In this document: piece after piece, positions 24,665 to 38,100 of the stretch
How the letters are laid out: each line of letters starts with the position of its first letter
Numbering within the stretch: the stretch's first letter is position 1
Source: Octopus sinensis
Lineage: Eukaryota
DNA: 64,000 bases
Assembly (NCBI RefSeq): GCF_006345805.1
Contig: NC_043010.1
Location: 38,378,001 to 38,442,000, forward strand
Reading direction: 5' to 3'
Made by a program: the position numbers and the translations under genes
Notes under the pieces: generated by a model
The model's database searches: none
Told to the model about the DNA's origin: nothing
What the model saw: only the letters and a program-made list of their open reading frames with translations

Positions 24665-25488
24665 AGGCGGCGAGCTGGCAGAATCGTTAGCACGCCGGGC
24701 GAAATGCCTAGCGGTATTTCATCTGCCGTTACGTTCCGAGTTCGAATTCCGCCGAGGTCGACTTTGCCTTTCATCCTTTCGGGGTCGATTAAATACGTAC
24801 CAGTTACGCACTGGGGTTGATATGATCGACTTAATCCGTTTGTCTGTCCTTGTTTGTCCCTTCTGTGCTTAGCTCCTTGTGGGTAGTAAAGAAATAGGTA
24901 TTTCGTCTGCCGTTGCGTTCTGAGTTCAAATTCAGCCAAAGTCGACTTTGCCTTTCATCCTTTCGAGGTCGATAAATTAAGTACCAGTTACGCACTGGGG
25001 TCGATATAATCGACTTAATCCGTTTGACTGTCCTTGTTTGTCCTCTCTATGTTTAGCCCCTTGTGGGCAATAAAGAAATGAGAAACGTTAGCACGCCGGG
25101 CTAAATGCTTAGGGTATTTCGTCTATTTTTATGTTCTGAGTTCAAATACCGCCGGGGTCAACTTTGCCTTCCATCCTTTCGGAGCGATTAAATAAGTACC
25201 AGTTACGCACTGGGATCGATATAATCGACTTAATCCATTTGTCTTTCCTTGTTTGTCCCCTCTTTGTGTAGCCCCTTGTGGGTAGTAAAGATATAGGTAT
25301 TTCGTCTGTTTTTACGTTCTGAGTTCAAATTCTGCTGAGGTCGACTTTGCCTTTCATCCTTTCGGGGTCGATAAATTACCAACTGGACTCTGGGGGTGAT
25401 ATAATCGTACGTTGCGTACTGGGGTCGATCTAATCCACTGGCCCCCTCCCCCAAAATTTCGAGCCTTGTGCCTAGACTAGAAAAGAAT
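24665..25488 (+). mobile_element. SINE A tandem tetramer
   Basis: Units at 24713 and 24897, a partial head at about 25082, and 25297; the last unit has the short tail. Confidence 0.9.
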
Positions 25489-25689
25489 ATAATAAACAAT
25501 TTGTATAGAATTCTAAAATAATATTATAAATTCATAGCGTCCCTCAATCCACTGCCATCCTCCCAACGCCTCCTTTTTCTCTACTGCCCCCTTAGGCACC
25601 AGCGCTCACCTGGATCATCTCAACCGGCACCGGGGCGGCGGGGGCGGGCAGTAGCGCCCACTTTGGGAACCTATGTCTTACCTGGAATT

Positions 25690-25930
25690 AGGCACAATTT
25701 TCAGTGAACTTTACAACTTGGTATTATCCGTTGTAATTATCACCAAGTCTTCTGCATAGAGGAGATATTTTGCAATTTGTTTGTTTAGTTTACAGTTTGG
25801 AGTACCTTTACTCTCGAGAAATTTTGTAAAAAGTGTTGTTGCATTCGACTCCAGCAAAGTATTTGAACGTGCCTGGTGCACAAATCTCCTAGCAAATATT
25901 TCTGCCAATAGGTTTCATCGCCCTTTGTCC
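25690..25930 (-). pseudogene. Decayed LINE reverse transcriptase fragment
   Basis: YLLYAEDLVII resembles the LLYADDLV motif. Confidence 0.45.
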
Positions 25931-26221
25931 CTTAAATCGGTGGCTTCTGTTAGATTGCAACATCAACGGTGTATGTTGATACAACTTTTTCTAACCTACA
26001 TTCCATCATCTCCAGTGTATAGCTCCCTCTCACGATACTTCTCTCTCTCTCTCTCTCGTTTCTCTCTCTCTCTTTCTCTCTCTCTCTGCCCCACACTCTA
26101 TCACCTTCAGTTGCAGCTATCTCCTTCTCCGCGCTCTCTCCGACCCATATTTTTTCAACTCCATTTGCAGCTGTCTCTCCCCACCACTCTCTCTCTCTCT
26201 CTCTGCTTCTCTCTTTCTGAC

Positions 26222-26470
26222 CCACGGTGTACCAGGAGATTCAGTCCCTCCACCTCACCATCTTCCTTCTATGCATCAATGACCCTCTTATCGTCATCTC
26301 CAACAACGACTATTCCTATTCAAATGATGCGTTATTCCTCTCCAGTCTTCCGCAACCGGGTGTCTCCACATGCAACACCGCACACCAATTTTACACTGAC
26401 TCTCTGAACTGACACCTCGAAAACATTCTCCAATAAGACCATCTCAATCTTTGTTTCAGTCAAGAACACA
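26222..26470 (+). pseudogene. Decayed CR1-like reverse transcriptase fragment
   Basis: GVP...TIFLLCINDPL...DYSYSNDA resembles GVPQGS...LFLLFINDL...YADD, with a frameshift. Confidence 0.55.
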
Positions 26471-27154
26471 AACACAATCCCCTACGCATATTCTTTTCTA
26501 TTCTATTTATTCATCACGAAAAGATGAAAGGCAAATGAATGGCCCCAACGTGATTCGAAGCCAGAAAGCTGAAACCTAGAATCAAAAGCCGCAAGGCATT
26601 TTATCCAGGGCTCTCACATTTCCGCCAATTCAACGCCTACAAATCCAATACAAAGAAACGAAAATAATGTTTTATGAAGTGAAGTTATATCGGTAACGAA
26701 AACAAATTCATCTTAAAAGAAGCAAGGAAGAGAACTCACAAATTTCATGTGACTAAAATTTAAATAGTAAATAAAATGATATACAAGGTACTTTAATAAG
26801 TCTGTTCTTCACTGCTCTAGTGGCAAGCCCAGACAAATTACGACTTCTCAGCGAAGAATAGTCAGTACATAGAGCTAACAGTGCAGATAATAACTTCGAA
26901 AGTATATATTATAGTTTTGGTGTAACAACGATTCATTGATCTCACAGCTGAAAATAATGACGTTAAAAATTCCCCACGGGTGCTTTCTGCATTAGAAATA
27001 CATAGTTAAGTCCTTTTTGTATATGCATGTGCTTCATGAGATTACTCAAGGTTAGAATATTTTATCTTCGAAATTTCACACTTAGAAATTGAAACTAAAC
27101 TGAATTATTTTCGCCAGCGTGCTTGCTTTGATATGCCAACCCGAATACGCTGTG

Positions 27155-27476
27155 TACTCACTCTTTACTCTTTACTCTTTTACCTGTTTCAGTCATTTGA
27201 CTGTGGCCATGCTGGAGCACCGCCTTTAGTCGAGCAAATCGGCCCCAGGACTTATTCTTTGTAAGCCTAGTACTTATTCTATCGGTCTCTTTTGCCGAAC
27301 CGCTAAGTTACGGGGACGTAAACACACCAGCATCGGTTGTCAAGCGATGTTGGGGGGACGTAAATGCACTACCATCGGTTGACAAGCGATTTTGGGGGAA
27401 CAAACACAGACACACAAACACGCACACAGGCACACATATACACACATATACATACATACATATATATATATATATC

Positions 27477-27507
<31 letters not shown>

Positions 27508-27850
27508 AGAATTCACGAAAAAAACAAAAGACGAAAACAGGTGGTGTAGAAAACAAACAGATGTATTAGTATAACGCTCAGGAATTGAAAAAGTCTTTAA
27601 CGCTTCGAGCCTACGCTCTTCCACAGAAAGGAACACAAAAAAAAAACAAGGAGAGAAAAAAATGTGTGTGGCTACCGATCTATCATGGCGACGAGCTTCT
27701 TTCAGTTTCCGTCTACCAAATCCACTCACAAGGCTTTGGTCGGCCCGAGGCTATAGTAGAAGACACTTGCACAAGGTGCCACGCAGTGGGACTGATCTCA
27801 GAACCATGTGGTTGGTAAACAAGCTACTTACCTCACAGCCACTCCTGCGT
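27155..27850 (-). mobile_element. SINE B with a nested insertion in its internal microsatellite
   Basis: SINE halves flank 27505-27662. Confidence 0.88.
27505..27662 (-). mobile_element. Variant-hammerhead short element (copy 2)
   Basis: CCTTT-CTGTGGAA-GAGCGTAGGCTC-GAAGCGTT-AAAGA at 27594-27631. Confidence 0.65.
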
Positions 27851-28112
27851 GTTATGGGTACTTAATTTTGAAATAAAAAGCATATTTACAGAGGTGAGTC
27901 ATCGCATTTTTTTTCATTTTTTTCTAGCGAAACAAAGGTGTGCCACCATCCTTAAAAATGATGGACATTACCGTCCAACACACTCTACGTCTGAGAGAAC
28001 AAAAGACGGAGGTTAGGGTGATGGTTTTTTGTTCTTCTTTGTATCATAGTCTACCAGAACAGTTGAGTGGGGCTAATTAATACCCACACACACACACACA
28101 CACACACGTTTG

Positions 28113-28166
<54 letters not shown>

Positions 28167-28395
28167 AATGTTGACTGCCAGGTAAAAAAAATGAGTGCTC
28201 GATACCATAGAAAGGATTAATAATTTGTTTTTGGTCGAGTCAGTCTGATACTATTTTGAGTTTTGTTTGTGGAAGCACACGGTCTTCAGGCAAGTTATGC
28301 TTGAAGATCTTGTGCACCCAAAAGAGAAACACAGAGTAATAAGAAACTGACTCGATCAAGGTAAAATATTTACACACACACACACACACACACAT

Positions 28396-28459
<64 letters not shown>

Positions 28460-28461
28460 AC

Positions 28462-28643
28462 ACACGCATTTTTCTCTCTCTGTTTTTTTCTTCATTCTCT
28501 CTATTTTTTTCCACTTATTCCATTCTGCTGAAGAGCGTCGGCTCGAAAAGTAAAAGACTTTTCCATTCTTCCCGTGTGTTAAACGAATACACCTGTTTGT
28601 TGTTCCTACACCTGTCTTCGTCTTTTGTCTTTCTGTTAATTTG

Positions 28644-28645
<2 letters not shown>
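28462..28645 (+). mobile_element. Variant-hammerhead short element (copy 3, decayed)
   Basis: CTGCTGAA-GAGCGTCGGCTC-GAAAAGT at about 28525-28551. Confidence 0.6.
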
Positions 28646-28729
<84 letters not shown>

Positions 28730-29034
28730 CCCAAATTATATTTATAATATATTATAATATATATGATATGTTATATGACTGGAGAAACGGTTCGTGATTG
28801 CACGACCTCTTAGTAATAGCAACTAAATTTCTTTCCTATCATACCCTTTCATCGTAAAAAAAAATGACAGAGTGGACTCCTTTGATAATGAGTTTGGTCG
28901 ATCAGGATTGACCTGCGATTAATTATCACATTGCCATCAACGGCAGCAATAATAACCATGAAAACAACAGCAACAACATATGGTTTTAAATTTTGACACA
29001 AAGCTAACAACTTTAAGAGGAAGGGAGCAGTCGG

Positions 29035-29195
29035 TGAGATCGACACCAGTACTTCACCGGTACTTTATTATATCGATCCCGAAAGAATGACTGGCAAAAT
29101 CGACCTCGGTGGAATGTGAACGCAGAACGTAAAAAACCGGCAGAAATGCCGCTAAGCATTTTGTCTGACGTGCTTAAAGATCCTGCTAGCTTCAG
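29035..29195 (-). mobile_element. SINE A, decayed
   Basis: Homology to other family A copies. Confidence 0.7.
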
Positions 29196-29226
29196 AAGTT
29201 GTAGGACTATCAAAGCATTTAACAAG

Positions 29227-29391
29227 ACGCAGGAGTGGCTGTGTGGTAAGTAGCTTGCTTACCAACCATGTGGTTCCAGGTTCAGTCCCACTACGTAGCA
29301 CCTTGGGCAAGTGTCTTCTACTATAGCCTCGGGACGACCAAAGCTTTGTGATTGGATTTGGTAGGCGGAAACTGAAAGAAGCCCGTCGTAC

Positions 29392-29424
<33 letters not shown>

Positions 29425-29828
29425 TATATATATATATATATATATTTAATAATTACTGGTATCTTTATATATTAATATATCTTATATGTAAAGCATAATA
29501 TGTTATACATGTATGTATATTCTTGTAACTGTCATTTTAGTAAATAAATAAATACGTTGACATAATATAATGTCTAATAGTTGATGAACTACCTATTGAT
29601 CCCCTCCATTTTCCTATTGCTATATATATATATGCATGTGTGTATATGTTTGTGTGTGTGTGCGTGTCCCCAACATCGCTTGACAACCGATGATCGTGTG
29701 CTTACGTCCCCGTAACATAGCGGTTCGGCAAAAGAGGCCGATTAAATAAGTACAAAACTTACAATGAATAAGTCCTGCGTGCTCCAGCACGGCCGCAGTC
29801 AAAATGACTGAAACAAGTAAAAGAGAAG
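29227..29828 (+). mobile_element. SINE B with expanded TA tract containing a MITE arm
   Basis: SINE halves flank 29390-29660. Confidence 0.85.
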
Positions 29829-30053
29829 AAATTTTGGAAGTTTGAAAGATAACGCAGTAAATATTCGTGGAAAAAGAAACTGGTTTATCATAGATTGTAG
29901 TTTGTTTTTAATTACATACTATTTCGTCAAGTCGGTGGTTGCTGAAAACAAACATTGATAATCAAATAATGAATTCATAGGCACACGCACATATACTCAT
30001 ACACACGCCGCATGCATACATACACATATGCATACACACACACATGCCACTGC

Positions 30054-30084
<31 letters not shown>

Positions 30085-30223
30085 TGTCTGTCTGTCTGTG
30101 TCTGCGCGTGTGTGTTGGCTGGGACATTAAGTTTCGCCTGACGTCTTATTCAGTCAGACTGTTGGTTTTCGTTAACATGTTTTGAAATAGCATGAAATTT
30201 ACATTAGCACGCACACACACACA

Positions 30224-30256
<33 letters not shown>

Positions 30257-30395
30257 ACGAGGCTTACAAAGACAATAATTAATTAAAATAAAATACTCAT
30301 TATCTCAAGAAGAAGCGTAAGTTTAACTATTTATTTAGTGAACACTTAGCAGAGTAAATCTTGTTCCGACCCTTGCCGATCCACACACACACACT

Positions 30396-30457
<62 letters not shown>

Positions 30458-30730
30458 AAATCTCTCTCTAAATGTCTCTCTCTCTCTAAATCTCACGCAC
30501 AGAATAAATTTTAGTGAGTCTAAAATAATTTTTAGCCAATTGAAACTATGCAAGTGCATCACGAAAATGGCCGAGGTACTGAATAATTTATCTTCGAATA
30601 TTCACACTGTAAATGAAAACTAAGCAATTATTATTAATAATTATGACCACACCTGGTTTCTCTCACAAGCGGTCGGAATGCGTTTTATTTATATGTTTTC
30701 AGTTTGAAATGAAAAGGATATTAACAGTGA

Positions 30731-31132
30731 TAGGCGCAGGAGTGTCTGTGTGGTAAGTAGCTTGCTAACCAACCACATGGTTCCGGGTTCAGTCCCACTG
30801 TGTGGCATCTTGGGCAAGTGTCTTCTGCTATAGCCCCGGGCCGACCAATGACTTGTGAGTGGATTTGGTAGACGGAAACTGAAAGAAGCCTGTCGTATAT
30901 ATGTATGTATATATATATGTGTGTTTGTGTGTCTGTGTTTGTCCCCCTAGCATTGCTTGACAACCGATGCTGGTGTGTTTACGTTCCCGTCACTTAGCGG
31001 TTCAGCAAAAGAGACCGATAGAATAAGTACTGGGCTTACAAAGAATAAGTCCCGGGGTCGATTTGCTCGACTAAAGGCGGTGCTCCAGCATGGCCGCAGT
31101 CAAATGACTGAAACAAGTAAAAGAGTAAAGAG
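30731..31132 (+). mobile_element. SINE B, full length
   Basis: Near-identical to the other young copies. Confidence 0.9.
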
Positions 31133-31329
31133 TCAGTCAGATACGCTTATTTTTAGTGAAGCTAAGATGTGCCACTAAAAATGTGTCACTAAAAATGTGC
31201 CACCGTCTAACGTACACTATGTTTCAGAAAACAATAGACGGGATGGATTTTTTACGCATGCTAACCACTGGTATTTATTATTAATTTAATAATTTTTACC
31301 CTGTTAGATATATAAATATCTTCGGTTAG

Positions 31330-31497
31330 ATAGGCGTAGGAGTGGCTGTGTGGTAAGTTGCTTGCTTACCAACCACATGGTTCCGGGTTCAGTCCCACTG
31401 CGTAGCACCTTGGGCAAGTGTCTTCTACTATAGCCTCGGGCTGACCAAAGCTTTGTGAGTGGATTTGGTTGACGGAAACTGAAAGAAGCCCGTCGTA
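31330..31497 (+). mobile_element. SINE B 5' half
   Basis: Head and CORE-like domain, then TA tract. Confidence 0.85.
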
Positions 31498-31504
31498 TGT
31501 ATCT

Positions 31505-31552
<48 letters not shown>

Positions 31553-31681
31553 CATATATATATATATAGAGAGAGAGAGATAGTAAGTGCAACAAAAAGG
31601 AATTCCTACATTTTACAAGTTGATAAATGTTCCTATAACAAACGCACATGCATCTTACTTTTATTTTTTGTATTTTTTTTT

Positions 31682-32023
31682 ACTTGTTTCAGTCATTAGA
31701 CTGCGGCCATGCTGGAGCACTGCCTTTAGTCGAGCAAATCGACCCCAGGACTTATTCTTTGGAAGCCTAGTACATATTCTATCGGTCCTTTTCCGAACCG
31801 ATTAGTTACGAGGACGTAAACACACTACCATCGGTTGTCAAGCGATGTTGGGGGGGGGGGACAAACACAGGCACACAAACATATACATACGCATACATAT
31901 ATACGACGAGCTTCTCTCAGTTTCCGTCTACCAAATCCATTCACAAGGCTTTGGTCGGCCTGAGGCTATAAGTAGAAGACACTTGCCCAAGGTGCCACGC
32001 AGTGGGAATGAACCCGGAACCAT
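31682..32023 (-). mobile_element. SINE B, lacking the extreme 5' end
   Basis: Homology to family B. Confidence 0.85.
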
Positions 32024-32043
32024 GAACGCATAAAACTGAAGTG

Positions 32044-32557
32044 ACTTGTTTCAGTCACTGGACTGCGGCCATGCTGTGGTACTGCTTTGAAGGGTTTTAA
32101 TGGAACGAATCGACGCCAGAACTTATTTTCTGTAAAGCCTGGTACTCTCTTTCTAAACCGCTAAATTACAGGGGCGTAAACAAACCAGCGCCAGTTGTCA
32201 AGTGGTTGTGGGGAACAAACACAAAGACAAAGGTATACGCAGATAGATATTTACACACAAACATACATGCATATGTATGTATATAAGTATGTATGTATGT
32301 ATGTATTTAGGTATGTATGTATTTATGTATGTATGTATGTATGTATGTATGTATGTATGTATGTATGTATGTATTTATGTATGTATTTATGTATGTATGT
32401 ATTTATGTATGTATGTATGTATGTATGTATGTACGCTGACGGGTTTCTTTCAGCTTGCGTCCGCCAAACCCACTCACGATCATTGGTCACTCTGATGCTT
32501 TAGTAGAAGGCACTTGTCCAAGATGTCACAGAGAGGGGCTGAAACCAGAACCATGTA
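32044..32557 (-). mobile_element. SINE B, diverged, with internal (TATG)n
   Basis: Homology on both sides of the microsatellite. Confidence 0.75.
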
Positions 32558-32618
32558 GAACAAACTCCTCACCACACGTGAGTGTGCGCGCACACATGCA
32601 CATATACATACATACATA

Positions 32619-32786
32619 CCTGTAATTATCGGGGCCCTGGGATATGTAACACACTGCCTAAATACCTATCTTGAGAGGTTAGGCTTCTCAAAACTAGAAA
32701 GGAGAAAGCTAATTCGAAGTCTACAGATCCAATCCATCACTGGAACTGTAAAAATCTGTAAAACTTTCCAGAAGTTTATCATTTAA
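32619..32786 (+). pseudogene. C-terminus of an RLE-type (R4/Dong-like) non-LTR retrotransposon
   Basis: Uninterrupted 55 codons PVIIGALGYVTHCLNTYLERLGF...LQIQSITGTVKICKTFQKFII*, matching the PxxIGALG...LQ...GT.KI terminal pattern. Confidence 0.7.
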
Positions 32787-32869
32787 GTATATATGAGCAG
32801 GTCTATGCATGCAACTATATGCATGAGAAGACATACATAAAACAAAACATACAAATTTGCATGTATATA

Positions 32870-32928
32870 TTCATACATACATACAATATATACACACGCA
32901 TACACATACATACACACATGTATATATG

Positions 32929-32964
<36 letters not shown>

Positions 32965-32993
32965 TATATATATATATATATATTATATATATA

Positions 32994-33037
<44 letters not shown>

Positions 33038-33329
33038 TGTGTTAGCACATCTATGTATGTATGTATGTATGTATAGATAAAACACATATACACACACATG
33101 TATATTAACGCACGCGCGCAAGCACACGTGATCAGAAATACCTGTCGTCACTGAACTCAAGTAAAAGAATGTTGTCGCCATGTCGGCGACTGTTTTATTC
33201 ATATTCTGTTGGAAAGGGACAACTTTAGAGAATATAAAAAAACAAAAACAAACAAAAGAAACAGTTTTTTTTAAGAGCCTGAAATTTCATGCATATTCCT
33301 GTCTGTTAATGCGAGAGCATCTGTGAACA

Positions 33330-33378
<49 letters not shown>

Positions 33379-33428
33379 GTGTGTGGTGTGTGTGTGTGTG
33401 CTGTAGCAAGATATATATATATAAATGT

Positions 33429-33514
<86 letters not shown>

Positions 33515-33790
33515 CATATATAAAGCTTTACATACAAACACAGTTATGTGTGTATGCGCGCGCGCATGTTAGTGTATGTTCCCGTACATTTTGCAGATTC
33601 ATACAAGTGTTATTTAATTTATTTACACACACACACACACACATACATGCGTACACACATATACATGCGTACACACATATACATATGCATACATATATAC
33701 ATAAATATATATATATATACTTTGATAGGTTTCGGCCATTATTGGCCCAGGCCATGTCTAACTTAATAGCACCATATACATATATATGTG

Positions 33791-33821
<31 letters not shown>

Positions 33822-34030
33822 ATACATATATGTGTATGTTTCTATCCATGTGTACCTATATACTTATACACACACACACATATATATATACACTTATATA
33901 ATACATGTGTATATATATCTTATGTATGTAGGTATGTATGCATATATATATACACACACACATATGCATAGATATATCTTTATGCATATATGTATGTATA
34001 TATAGATAAATAAAGTATATATATACATAC

Positions 34031-34074
<44 letters not shown>

Positions 34075-34440
34075 GCATGTATGTATCTATGCATGTGTAC
34101 AGACATACATGCATGCATGTATACATGAATGTATGGTTGGTTGTGATTGTTTATAAATTCGTGTTTGTATGTGTACATGTATGTGTACATGTGTACATGA
34201 GTATGTGTATATATGCATGTATCCTTATACGCCTGCATGCAAACATGCATGGTTGTTTTTATGCAACAGGCAATAACAACATTAATAAATAAATAGATAA
34301 ATAAATATATATATATACAACTTACCAAATCTCTTCTGTCAGTCTCGTAGCTATATACATATACACACATATAAATGCGTATATATATGTATTAAAGATG
34401 TATATTATTTATCTATATTTATATGTATGTATATATATGT
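32870..34440. repeat. Mosaic (TA)n/(CA)n/(TACA)n low-complexity block
   Basis: Direct reading. Confidence 0.9.
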
Positions 34441-35177
34441 ATTTATATTATGTCCGTTGCCGAATAAGCTCTATAGACCAGACGTTAAAAGTTTCAGTCT
34501 AACCTCTGTCACTCTGTCTAGTTATTGAAATTGTGTGCATGGTCACACGTGTGTATGTGTGTGTGTGTGGTGTTTGTGTGTGTGAGTGTTTGTGTGTTTG
34601 TAAACACCTTTTCTATGTTCGTAAGTGCTGTGTATTGTCATACGTGTGCGTATGTGTGTGTGTGTGTGGGTGTGTGTGTGTGTATGCATGTGGTCATACG
34701 TATATGTAAATGGAAAAGCCAGTCTTATATGAATGTATGCGTGTGGAAGGCGATGCGTGTGTGTGTATGTGTGTGTGCGTGTGTGTATTTAGTTTCTGTG
34801 TATATGCATGTATGTGGTGGTGGTGGTGGTGGTGGGAAGAGTGGGCTTAATTCTCTCCTCCCGCACCTCACTCGGTAATTAATGGAATCTCCCGACTGCC
34901 TTCTACGGTAATAATACTACCTCCAGCCTTCACCATGTTAACCTGTCCACACTTCGCCCTCTCTTTCTTCCCGTCCTCCTCGTCTCTCTCTCTCTTTCTT
35001 TCTTCTCCCCCTCTCTCTATTCATATAATACATTCATGTATGTATGTGTGTATGTCTGTGTGTGTATGTGTGTGTATATTCATGTATATGCATATTATCT
35101 GTCTGTATGTTCTTTTTATCTAGCCATCAAGCTATCGCCCTTTCTGTATCTTTGCCGATCTTTTTACTAGCCTAGAA

Positions 35178-35792
35178 GACCGCTTATTAAACTTTTTTCA
35201 TTCGTGACCCCATTTTTCATCACGTGATTTTTTCACGACCCCCCCCCAGGTATTAAATATACGGCAATCTTTCGTCTCTAGTAGACCTTTCCGTCGATTT
35301 CCGTAAAAAATTTTTTTTTTTTTTTTACATATGGGCTTGCGGGAACTTTTGAAGTAATGAGAGCGAAAGAGACTAAGAGAAACCGATTGTATGACGAGGG
35401 AAGTTCTTTTGAAGTTACCGTGCATGTGAAGCATTGATGTACATGTGTGCGTGTGTGTGTGTTTGATGGGGTGTGGGAGACAGTATGTTGTGTAAGTGAA
35501 GTGCTTCTGTTAGTGTGTGTGAAGAGACAGAGTAATGTGTGAAAGAAAGAGATAACTGAAATTTTTTACTCGGTGTATGTGTATATGTATGTATATTACT
35601 TCAAAAGTTCCCGCAAGCCCATATGTAAAAAAAAAATTTTTTTTTACGGAAATCGACGGAAAGGTCTACTAGAGACGAAAGATCGCCAAATATACATTTG
35701 TGAAATAAAATATATAAACTGAAAGTCAACTGTTTGAATTTAATTTTCGCGACCCCCAAATGGTATCGCGACCCATAGTTTAAGAAGCGCTG
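35178..35792. mobile_element. hAT (Charlie-like) MITE
   Basis: Ends GACCGCTTATTAAACT / AGTTTAAGAAGCGCTG; flanks GCCTAGAA / GTCTAGAG fit an NTCTAGAN-type 8-bp TSD. Confidence 0.6.
35263..35687. mobile_element. Nested MITE with about 95-bp TIRs, Merlin-like
   Basis: Near-perfect TIRs at 35263-35358 and 35595-35687 starting GGCRA; perfect 8-bp TSD AAATATAC at 35255 and 35688. Confidence 0.75.
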
Positions 35793-36194
35793 GTCTAGAG
35801 GAAAGGGTTATTGCCCAGGGCATTCGCAGGTCGTCAACTGACAATCTTCTACCTACCTGTTTAACTGACAATCTTTCTACCTACCTGTTTAACAATCTAT
35901 CTACTAACGAGTTTTTTAATCTGTTGCTCTCTCTCCTTCTTTCTCCATCTCTTTCTCTCTCTCTCCCTCTTTCTCCATCTCTCTTTCTCTTTTTCTCTCC
36001 CTCTCCTCTCTCTCTCTTCGTATATGTCTATATATGTATATACATGTATGCAAGTCTGTGTGCGTGTGTGTGTGCGTGTGTGTATGTGCGTGCGTATGTG
36101 TATGTGCGTGCGCGTGGGTGGCTGTGAGTGGCTGTGAGTGTAGGGTAACTTTTGTGTACTGAGGGTGCCGCTGTACTCCGTCTCAGAAGTCAGT

Positions 36195-36575
36195 TTCTCA
36201 CCAGGCGGTTAAGCAGCTCAGTGGGTATTTCAACCCTCTCCACTGCGACATCAGAGCTGCTTGGTGGCCACCACCGTTGAAAACGAAGAAAACTCCCACA
36301 CATCAGCACTTGTTTTGTTAGTCAAACATTGTGACTCTGGGCCAGGTGTTTCTATCGTCCTCAATGCTCTTTGCTGCATCAATCGCCCTCTCACTTCAGC
36401 CAAATATAAGGGCTTGCTTTCTCAATGGCTGTCGACAATTTTCTGGCGACATCTTTGGCAGCCTTCGCAGTTAGTCCAAGACTCCTGTGGCGGCTCGTAT
36501 ATAGGCACTGCGGAACTGCAGTACCCCCTATTTCCACTCGATATTATTGAAAACATTCAATATAATGAGTCCTTT
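36195..36575 (-). mobile_element. HERO-like RLE retrotransposon 3' end, decayed
   Basis: ...LGLTAKAAKDVARKLSTAIEKASPYIWLK followed by a UTR related to 63240-63560. Confidence 0.55.
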
Positions 36576-37399
36576 TTTTCTTTATTTCTTTCTTTATACT
36601 TGTACATTATATAATCCTTAAGCTAAATGTCAGTAGCCATCCCCTAGTTTATGAAAAAATACAAAAACCCTTGTATAGAACTGTGCGCTTCAAAGTTCTA
36701 GCGACGCGGTGTTTGGCTGTTGTGTGTATGCTCATATATCCGAAATAGGAAGCTTCACGCTAGGGAGAGAGAGCACTGCGTGAACGATAGTGCCGACCTC
36801 GGTGTTCCGGTGAAAGGTAGTGTTTCTTTTGACTTCGCGTATGTTGTGCTTAAAAACGTGTTTATATTCTTGAATGTGATAAAGTGTGGAATTAGATTAT
36901 TATCCTGCTTCCAACTTCAGTGTTGCTGCCAGGATTTGAAAAATAGGGCACATTCCCCTGCCCCCACATCTTATTTTGTGATTTAGGAGGGATTTAATTA
37001 AAAACAAGGGGGAATTCGCGGCGGTATTCAGTGAACAAATTAAACACACTACTCGGCAGTGGCTAAAACGCGAACTGACCAGGTTTATGTATAAATTTTC
37101 TTTTTATATGTTTGTTTCGTTTTACACAATATTAAAACAACAGCTAAAAATTTTCTGAATCAGCACCCACATTAATTTTATCTACAAGCCGCCACTGCTC
37201 CTGATCACCGAATTAACCCTGATTCCAACAAATCCTCTAACACCTATACATCTATCTTTACAGGATAGGATGTAGTCTACCATCTTCCAGTTTCCGTCTA
37301 CCAAATTCCCTCATAATGCTTTGGCCAGCTCGAGGCTGTAGAAAAAGATACGAAGATGCTAATCACATATGTGTCAGTGTGTGTTTTAGCTATTATTTC

Positions 37400-38045
37400 T
37401 AGTAATCCGTGCGACAGGGTAAAATTGGGAACGAAAGCAGCCCCTGTTCTTGCGAACCTAATAATAAGTTATTTTGAATTCACCATATATGAAGTGTCAC
37501 TGCAAAAATATGGATATCCATTTTATCTTTATATAAGAGAGAACTGGAAAAGATACCTGGATGACTACTTTATCATTTGAAAGGAGACCAGTGACAAACT
37601 TTTGGAATTCAAATCAATACTAAATAGTATAAACCCTAACATTCAATTCACAATGGAATATAGCAAAGAACAGTTCCCCCTTTTTAGGATATTATGATAA
37701 AAAAAAAAGTCAACAACCAAATTATAACTGACACCTATCATAAACCAACGAATCCGAAGCAATATCTTCTGTTTAGTTCATGCCACCCGAAATACATCAA
37801 AATAAATATCTCTTTTAATTTAGCAAAAGGGATTTACACAATAGTGTCTGATAGAACTACTCGGGACCTTTGTCTTCAAGACCTCAGAACAACACTAACT
37901 GAAAGACAATATTCACCCTCACTTAAAGACGATGGAATTAAGCGCACTAAGAAATTAGACATAAAAACACTAAGGACAATAAAACATAACACCACACCTC
38001 ATCTCAAAATACTACTGTATGTATCAACTCACAATCCTAATCTTT
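37400..38045 (+). pseudogene. Penelope-like element reverse transcriptase fragment
   Basis: GTKAAPVLANL...WKRYLDDYFII*...INPNIQFTMEYSKEQFPF...YHKPTNPKQYLLFSSCHP; contains a stop and a frameshift. Confidence 0.88.
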
Positions 38046-38100
38046 CTATAGTCACTAGAGACCCTTTGTGTTACTATATATATATCTATTTTTTTTTTTT

